Shown here piece by piece: positions 57,940-64,000 of a stretch of 64,000 bases of DNA. The DNA comes from a virus, in IMG/VR virus record IMGVR_UViG_3300006040_000001, positions 36,695-100,694 of that record, one strand, 5' to 3'. Position numbers and translations under genes: made by a program. The notes beneath the pieces were generated by a model. The model was not told where the DNA came from. It saw only the letters and a list, made by a program, of their open reading frames with translations, and searched no databases. Numbering within the stretch: position 1 is the stretch's first letter; every line of letters starts with the position of its first letter.

Positions 57940-60900
57940 ATGCCTTTACAATTCGTTAAAACAGGCGGTCTTACAGCAGCCGACTATAAAGACAGCCTAG
58001 AGATAACGGTATCAGATCCGTTATTAGCCGCGTTACCGGATGGAGATCCTTTAAAGGTATCTAAAAAGCTAGCGCTCGGCGCATTACCCACTAAGTTTAC
58101 AGACTGGGACGTAACACCTTCTGTCGCTACTGACGTAGCTACGCTCGCGATAGTAAGTAACGACCACATGACTGTGTCTAATACCGGCGCCCTATCAGTA
58201 GACTACACAGGGGCTCCGGTATTTATGGGATCGCAGCCTGTGTTATGGGGTGGTGCTGTTAAAACCAACATTGATTTATCTAAACTAACTGTAGGCACGG
58301 CAATCCATATAGGTTACGAGATCAGCAGCGTAGCGCCAACATATGCTCCGTTTCTCTTAGGCTTTATGTTAGCAGATCCAACCGCTACGCCTACAGATGT
58401 ATTAAATAGCTTATTAGCTCAATTTGGACAAGGTACGATACCAACTATTACGCATGCAAATCTGTCATCGATGGTAACGATGTACGGCGTCCAAAAACAA
58501 ACGAATATTAGTTGGGTTATCCCTAACGATATTAATCCACTGTTTCAGGGTGCCGATGGCATGCTGGTGCTTAAGAACCAGCCATTTATCTCACCGTTAG
58601 ATTTAGGTTCTAAAGTTATTATGGCATTAGGCCGCGAGTCTGATCGTATATCCGTAGCGAATATTAATGTAGCCCCTAATGGGACGACTTACGATGTTAT
58701 TGATGCAGCTGCAATCACCAATAACCCCGTATTACCAGCTGATACTACGCTGTTTTATTTTATCATAGGTTTAGACTTTGGGCAGGGATATCCTGTTATT
58801 AGTATCACCCCTACAATTACAGCAGCGCCACCGTCATACGACGTTACCGGTACCACGTACGGTACTGCACACGCGGGTACCAACGGTACGTGGGCTGGGT
58901 TGTTCCCTAACCCGATCACCACACCCACTAGTACCGTTGTTACACAGGCTACGTTTCCGGCAGGTGCAGCTGTAGGCCGTGGCTTAAGAGCAATGATTGA
59001 TCCAGGTTATACGGCTGGGTTTCCAGTAGCTCCTTACGGACATACAGTGAGTCACGGTACTAAATGTATCGTAGATTCAGTGACCACGGGTAGCGAAGAC
59101 TTTACGCCACTACTAGCTATGGATGATCTTGTTGGTATTAACGCGGCTTTAGTCGCTAGCCAAACGCAGTTAACTACCTTAACTCAAGCTGTAGCTGCCG
59201 CTGCGAAAAATAGCACAATGGGTGAGATCGTTATTTACGTACGGGCAGATCCAGTGCAGAGCCAAGAAATCCCTATCCCTAGCGGCCCTACAGTGTTCGA
59301 TACGTTTGATCTCGCCTATACGTATGCAGTAGGCTTACCTAAGTATTTACGTAAACGCATTGTGCTAGATGACCGGGTTAATGTTATATTTAGAGGCGTT
59401 GAGCAAGCGGCCGTTAATAACAGCTCACCTACTACGTTTAAGCTCTACGCGTTACTGGCTAACAACATCACGTTATCGTGCTATTCCGTGTTTACGTCGT
59501 CAGTAGTAGCACTACCCTATAACCCACGGATCACTCTTTATTTTGCCTGCGATGGGTTACGGTTAGAGGATTTTTCGGGGTACTCAGGTACGTTAGTAGA
59601 TAGCTTAGGCGGTCAGCAGCCAATGTTTGATATATTTACAGGAGTAATTAGTCCAAACGGGGTAACCTCGGAGGAAAATCTAATCATTGGTACTAATTCA
59701 GTTTTGGTCTCTACTAGTGCCGATATTGGTATCGAGCAAGGCGGTACAGTAGTTATTGATAATGACGGTCACTGGATGATCAACGCATACGCGATTAATC
59801 AGTCTCAGTTCGGTCACTCTGTAATAATTGCGAAAGCTCGGTTTGGTAAGCTAAATATCCACGGTGGTGTATACCCGCAGGCCTACGATGGCAACTCGGC
59901 GTTTACTATTATCATGGAGCACAGCGGTATCGCGCCTAATACGGCTGGACTCAGTGACCCAGCAGCTGTTTATATTACCTATACCGATGCAGCGCCACGG
60001 ATACCGTTTACCTACGGTATTAACTACGTGGTAGTAGAGTCTGTAAATGACTTAATACGCGTGGGAGGATTTAATGGCGGTAGTATCACGGAACTTAACA
60101 TCAGTACCCAGTACATGTATTTCGTGGTGGGTGATGTAGATCTCGGTGACGTATCGATAAACGTCTACGATAACACCAACGGTAAGCCTATTAAGTTCAT
60201 TGGCTTACCTGGCTCTAAACTGACTTCGACTGGTGTCGTGTTCCAAGGTATCTACCCGCCGCCTATATACAATCCTACTTTGGATATTACCGGAGTAGAC
60301 ATTGCTACCACTAACCCTGGCATCCCAGCGATAAATGTGTTTGGCAGTTTGATTCTAAAAGGATCCACAGTGTATTCCAATAAAGTCATCATGGCACGGG
60401 ATATACTAGGGTATCAGGCTCAGCACAACGTAGAACTCAGAAACGTAGTGTTCCTAAGCACCGGTGGTGGGTTTATCGATGCAATGGGTGTTATCGATGT
60501 ACGTGGCCGCGTGATAATTGATGGGGTTTTCGCAAAAGTCAATACAGGCGTACAGGTGCTTAGTATAGACATCAAGCCTGTTACGAACCCATTTGGCCTA
60601 GAACAGATGCCCAATAGTCTATGCACTATAGACAACGTAACCGTGCTGTACTCAGAAGCCGTCGCGTTGCGTAGCTGTGTTTTTGACCTAGGCAAATACA
60701 AAACGGGTACAGCCGGATATGTTGGTACTTATCCGCCTGGACAGATTTCCGTTAACAACGTTTCGGTGCAGTTCGTAGGTAGTAACAACAATGGGCGTTA
60801 TGAGTTATTTGCCAGCGGTGGTAATGTATATGACCACCATACCGATGAATCTATCCGTATTGAAGGCAGCCATAGTTACGCGTATGTAGATGGTAGCGGT

Positions 60901-61287
60901 GGGTATTATATTGGACTAGATCCTTCCGCACAGGTATATGCGTTCTTAGATCCCATCATGTTACGTGAATTTGAAATCTTAGGATACCCCGCTAATACTC
61001 TTAAATACAATGGCAAAACATCCAAGGTATTTGAGTTATTCGTGAAATATACGGTAGCAGCTAACACGGCATCAGTCGGGTTGACTATGGATGTTCGACA
61101 TAACGCCCTGAACGTTAATCACGGTAGTGTACAAACAGCACTAGGTACCGCTAACGAACCCTATAGTGATGGGATTGTTATCCCGATACTACTGGCCCCA
61201 GAAGACAGTGTACATTTAGTTTTCCGTACCACTGTAAACTGTAATCTAAACTTCGGTAACTTTAGAATATCGCTAAAGGAAGCCTAA
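57940..61287 (+). CDS. Large tail fibre / tailspike (receptor-binding protein)
   Basis: 1115 aa, rich in V/I/G/T/N beta-strands, short central coiled coil, beta-helix-like C-terminal half; follows an adaptor gene. Confidence 0.55.
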   Translation: MPLQFVKTGGLTAADYKDSLEITVSDPLLAALPDGDPLKVSKKLALGALPTKFTDWDVTPSVATDVATLAIVSNDHMTVSNTGALSVDYTGAPVFMGSQPVLWGGAVKTNIDLSKLTVGTAIHIGYEISSVAPTYAPFLLGFMLADPTATPTDVLNSLLAQFGQGTIPTITHANLSSMVTMYGVQKQTNISWVIPNDINPLFQGADGMLVLKNQPFISPLDLGSKVIMALGRESDRISVANINVAPNGTTYDVIDAAAITNNPVLPADTTLFYFIIGLDFGQGYPVISITPTITAAPPSYDVTGTTYGTAHAGTNGTWAGLFPNPITTPTSTVVTQATFPAGAAVGRGLRAMIDPGYTAGFPVAPYGHTVSHGTKCIVDSVTTGSEDFTPLLAMDDLVGINAALVASQTQLTTLTQAVAAAAKNSTMGEIVIYVRADPVQSQEIPIPSGPTVFDTFDLAYTYAVGLPKYLRKRIVLDDRVNVIFRGVEQAAVNNSSPTTFKLYALLANNITLSCYSVFTSSVVALPYNPRITLYFACDGLRLEDFSGYSGTLVDSLGGQQPMFDIFTGVISPNGVTSEENLIIGTNSVLVSTSADIGIEQGGTVVIDNDGHWMINAYAINQSQFGHSVIIAKARFGKLNIHGGVYPQAYDGNSAFTIIMEHSGIAPNTAGLSDPAAVYITYTDAAPRIPFTYGINYVVVESVNDLIRVGGFNGGSITELNISTQYMYFVVGDVDLGDVSINVYDNTNGKPIKFIGLPGSKLTSTGVVFQGIYPPPIYNPTLDITGVDIATTNPGIPAINVFGSLILKGSTVYSNKVIMARDILGYQAQHNVELRNVVFLSTGGGFIDAMGVIDVRGRVIIDGVFAKVNTGVQVLSIDIKPVTNPFGLEQMPNSLCTIDNVTVLYSEAVALRSCVFDLGKYKTGTAGYVGTYPPGQISVNNVSVQFVGSNNNGRYELFASGGNVYDHHTDESIRIEGSHSYAYVDGSGGYYIGLDPSAQVYAFLDPIMLREFEILGYPANTLKYNGKTSKVFELFVKYTVAANTASVGLTMDVRHNALNVNHGSVQTALGTANEPYSDGIVIPILLAPEDSVHLVFRTTVNCNLNFGNFRISLKEA

Positions 61288-61297
61288 TCTAATCACT

Positions 61298-61315
61298 AGG
61301 GCGGGTACCCGCCCT
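61298..61315. repeat. Perfect 18-bp palindrome
   Basis: AGGGCGGGT|ACCCGCCCT; the context TAATCACTAGG resembles 2472-2498. Confidence 0.75.
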
Positions 61316-61326
61316 CACGAGGAACT

Positions 61327-61668
61327 ATGAAACTTAATACCTGGCCTATTATTACACAGGCTATCCAACTCCTGAAGTTTTTCATCGGCGACCTACGGTT
61401 ACTGTGTTTAATCATCCCGGCGTTGATGTATATGTACGCTAACCCGCACGACTGGCCACAGTCTAATACGATTATGTATTTTACATCAGTCACGATATTC
61501 CTGGCCGGTGTCTCGCACATTACCCGTAAGATCTATTTCCCTTACGTAGATATGCGGCTATATGCAAACGAGGCACTTAAGACACCCACGGGCGCTGCTA
61601 CCGTGTTTTTATCGGTCTCTATCGTGTTGTGTATGCTGCTCTATACGTTGGCTATCTGGGCTAAATAA
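61327..61668 (+). CDS. Putative holin (about 3 TM segments)
   Basis: Three hydrophobic segments, HITRKIYFPYVD..PTGAATVF; immediately upstream of the endolysin. Confidence 0.55.
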   Translation: MKLNTWPIITQAIQLLKFFIGDLRLLCLIIPALMYMYANPHDWPQSNTIMYFTSVTIFLAGVSHITRKIYFPYVDMRLYANEALKTPTGAATVFLSVSIVLCMLLYTLAIWAK

Positions 61669-61679
61669 GGAGGGACGTT

Positions 61680-62399
61680 ATGCGTACCCTTTTCAATATA
61701 GTATTGTTTATAGGACTAGTCCTATATCTATCAATGATATTAATCGGTGGGGCGTTCGGTGCCTCGATTACTAAACCGGTTTATATACCGCCTTTGGCGC
61801 TGCAATACATGCCAATCCTTAAGGAAGAGATTGCTACGCACTGGCCAGTGTTACCCACCTCATCTATGTTAGCTGCGCAGGTAGAGACAGAGTCGTGCGT
61901 ATCGATTAAGTCTAAGCGATGTTGGAACACACGGGCTGAGCTTAAAACGGATCGTGAGTACGGATTCGGGTTGGGTCAGATTACCATAACCAAACGGTTT
62001 AATGTATTCGAGGAGGTTAAGGCTTCCGATAAGTCATTAAGTCATTGGCAGTGGGATAATCGATTCGATCCGCGTATGCAGTTACGGGCTATCGTCATTA
62101 AAGATCGCAATGACTTTAATCGACTTAGGTGGGCCGCTACTGTAAACGATAGGTTAGCAATGACCTTTAGCGCTTACAACGGCGGCCTAGGCGGCCTATT
62201 AAAGGATCGTACACTGTGTAGTCGTACAGCTAAATGTGATCCCACTAGATGGTTTGGACATATAGAACTAACCTCCTATAAGTCTAAGACAGTCGTAAAG
62301 GGCTATGGTAAGTCGTTCTACGCGATTAACCGTGAATACCCTAAGCAGATTATGGATTTACAACCACGGCGTGCTAAATACGTGCCGTACATGGATTGA
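61680..62399 (+). CDS. Lytic transglycosylase (SLT) endolysin with N-terminal hydrophobic signal/SAR segment
   Basis: AAQVETESC (catalytic Glu), GFGLGQIT, SAYNGGLG, INREYP. Confidence 0.85.
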   Translation: MRTLFNIVLFIGLVLYLSMILIGGAFGASITKPVYIPPLALQYMPILKEEIATHWPVLPTSSMLAAQVETESCVSIKSKRCWNTRAELKTDREYGFGLGQITITKRFNVFEEVKASDKSLSHWQWDNRFDPRMQLRAIVIKDRNDFNRLRWAATVNDRLAMTFSAYNGGLGGLLKDRTLCSRTAKCDPTRWFGHIELTSYKSKTVVKGYGKSFYAINREYPKQIMDLQPRRAKYVPYMD

Positions 62400-62406
62400 C
62401 GTTATG

Positions 62407-62440
62407 CTAGAGTAGAGAGCCTATAGGCTCTCTACTCTAG
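62407..62440 (+). terminator. Perfect 34-bp palindrome with downstream T-rich tract
   Basis: CTAGAGTAGAGAGCCTA|TAGGCTCTCTACTCTAG-TCTTTT. Confidence 0.7.
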
Positions 62441-62502
62441 TCTTTTATTATGACGTAATATTATACCATGTACATACTTACTTTTACCCAAGGATTTCTA
62501 TT

Positions 62503-63414
62503 ATGCAATTAGTTACACGTACCGCGTATGGTTCAGCCGTGCAAACCGCGAAATACATCGGATCACCACACTATCTATTACCTAACTCTACGATTAACGA
62601 AACGCTGACTGATCCATTAGTGGTGCCGTTTCAGCCCACGGTGATTACACAAGGGATGGAGGTAGTCGATCCGTACGATCCAGTTAATGACGTTAGCAGT
62701 CTAAGTCTGCGCTTAATGGTAATCGGTAATAAAGGTCATCGTTTCGTGACAGGCGTTAGTGTGCCGTATACTACAGAAGTTCCACACAAAGCTACGGATA
62801 GTGGTATCTACGGTTTAATCCCGTTCGTAGTAAGGCCAGTGACTAATGACCTTACGGTAGTAGAACGTCAGATATATCGTTTACGTAAAACGATGTTAAT
62901 AGACGGTGTGCTATACGCCGCTTATTATGCGCGTGTATTTGATATTAGTGGCGTAGCGCCTTCACTGATGCTGACTACAATAGTTGATGATACGCCGGTT
63001 ACGACAGCCTTTACACCTACGATTAATAATCTTCGCCCGCCTATCCCAGCTATTGGTATTGGTAACGATGGTAGTTACCTAAATATTTCTAGTCCGTTGA
63101 CTATTGCTTTTACGGATACTGAGACGGCTGCACTGAAAGATGCCTGCGCTCGACTCTACGGGGATGAGAACTTCGCTATCGTGTCTGAGATTGGGTTCTG
63201 TACAGGCGTGGATAAAGATGTCTTAGAGCGTTATCCTGACTCAGGCACTCAAACTCCAGTAGCCGTAGCATCGGGTACCTATAGTGAGTCCGTAGGCGTA
63301 CAGGTAAATATGATCGCTTCGGTCTATTACCCAGTCGCTACGACTAATGCTGGCTTTGATTTCGGATTTGAGCTAGGAGCCACAGAGCCGCTGTTTGGCG
63401 TGCAGTTAGCCTAA
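62503..63414 (+). CDS. Virion structural protein, phiKZ gp139-like
   Basis: TRTAYG, NSTINE, IGNKGH, IPFVVRPVTNDL...YRLR, AYY, SEIGFCTGVD, GATEPL; synteny with ruvC. Confidence 0.65.
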   Translation: MQLVTRTAYGSAVQTAKYIGSPHYLLPNSTINETLTDPLVVPFQPTVITQGMEVVDPYDPVNDVSSLSLRLMVIGNKGHRFVTGVSVPYTTEVPHKATDSGIYGLIPFVVRPVTNDLTVVERQIYRLRKTMLIDGVLYAAYYARVFDISGVAPSLMLTTIVDDTPVTTAFTPTINNLRPPIPAIGIGNDGSYLNISSPLTIAFTDTETAALKDACARLYGDENFAIVSEIGFCTGVDKDVLERYPDSGTQTPVAVASGTYSESVGVQVNMIASVYYPVATTNAGFDFGFELGATEPLFGVQLA

Positions 63415-63424
63415 AGAGGTAGAT

Positions 63425-63997
63425 ATGTACTACGATACTGATAGCGTGCCGTTAAGGATCGTTGGAATCGATCAGGGCACGGATAAATTAGGTATAAGCG
63501 TGTCTGAGTACGATTACGGGTGTAAACAGCTACGAATCGTAGATGCTACCACTATTCGTAGTGATATTTTGGTAAGTCGGTACTACACTGAGCTAGTTGC
63601 TACGCGTGGGGATCGATTAGCTAAAATGCATGCTATCCGTAAAGCGGTGACTAAGTATCTCTACGCATGGAACCCTACGATAGTAGGCAGTGAGGGACCC
63701 TACATGGCGCGTAAGACCGTTACTGCCTATGGATCAGGAATCGAGATACTCTCAGTATTAAGACACGCGTTACATGACTATAATCCGTATATGCCTTTGC
63801 ACGTGATTGATCCAGCGCGGGTAAAGGTAGCAGTAGGTGTAGACGGGCGCTCTAAGGATAAGGAAGATATGCGGCGTGCTATTCGTAAGCATCCACTACT
63901 ATCGTTAGAGTTAGATATTGATGCTATAGGGCCTGACGCGGTAGACGCCATCGCGGTAGGTACTTTTTTCTATAGGCAGTGTGTTTTGGGGGAATAA
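63425..63997 (+). CDS. ruvC: RuvC-like Holliday junction resolvase
   Basis: IVGIDQGT, SEGPY, P..VK.AVG...K..M, DAVDAIAVG catalytic acidic residues. Confidence 0.85.
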   Translation: MYYDTDSVPLRIVGIDQGTDKLGISVSEYDYGCKQLRIVDATTIRSDILVSRYYTELVATRGDRLAKMHAIRKAVTKYLYAWNPTIVGSEGPYMARKTVTAYGSGIEILSVLRHALHDYNPYMPLHVIDPARVKVAVGVDGRSKDKEDMRRAIRKHPLLSLELDIDAIGPDAVDAIAVGTFFYRQCVLGE

Positions 63998-64000
63998 TGA

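Noticed and set aside
1670-60701. Many 60-190 aa ORFs antisense to or nested in long genes (e.g. 14128-14634, 31993-32424, 36166-36642, 39501-40079, 41935-42384, 49726-50100)
   Set aside because: Shadow frames of well-supported genes, with no RBS or motif support and biased composition
2479-62440. Palindromes as CRISPR repeats, REP elements or attC sites
   Set aside because: Arms differ in sequence, there is no regular repeat-spacer period, and no cas, integrase or transposase gene is present
1-64000. tRNA/rRNA genes, inteins, reverse transcriptase/DGR, alternative genetic code
   Set aside because: No cloverleaf-sized conserved motifs in the short intergenic gaps, no intein or RT motifs, and ORFs tile densely under the standard code with all three stops in use

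Overview
This window looks like part of a phiKZ-like (Chimalliviridae-type, probably nucleus-forming) jumbo phage genome, roughly 45% GC by eye. No host or cellular genes are apparent. Gene order follows the phiKZ gp83-gp140 block as I recall it: protease-processed internal head protein paralogs, gp87/88/89/90-like virion proteins, gp98-101-like structural genes, thymidylate kinase, DnaB-like helicase, major capsid protein, a gp123-like non-virion RNAP beta fragment, dCTP deaminase, portal, tail-fibre modules, a holin plus SLT endolysin, and RuvC. All phiKZ orthology calls rest on synteny, size and recalled motifs, not on searches. The most notable unexplained signals are five. (1) A duplicated early-promoter cassette (49 bp identical at 27980 and 49308) whose 5' leader folds as an H-type pseudoknot with compensatory changes, directly against the Shine-Dalgarno site. 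(2) Hairpins followed by TATGCC instead of a U-tract at operon ends, a candidate phage-RNAP-specific terminator; many hairpins are perfect loopless palindromes. (3) Four diverged DHH/DHHA1 phosphoesterase paralogs that all lack catalytic residues. (4) An early-expressed array of diverged ~140-aa domain repeats at 16.8-21.7 kb. (5) Split adaptor-plus-fibre tail modules with a deletion remnant. No tRNA, rRNA, CRISPR array or IS element was seen.
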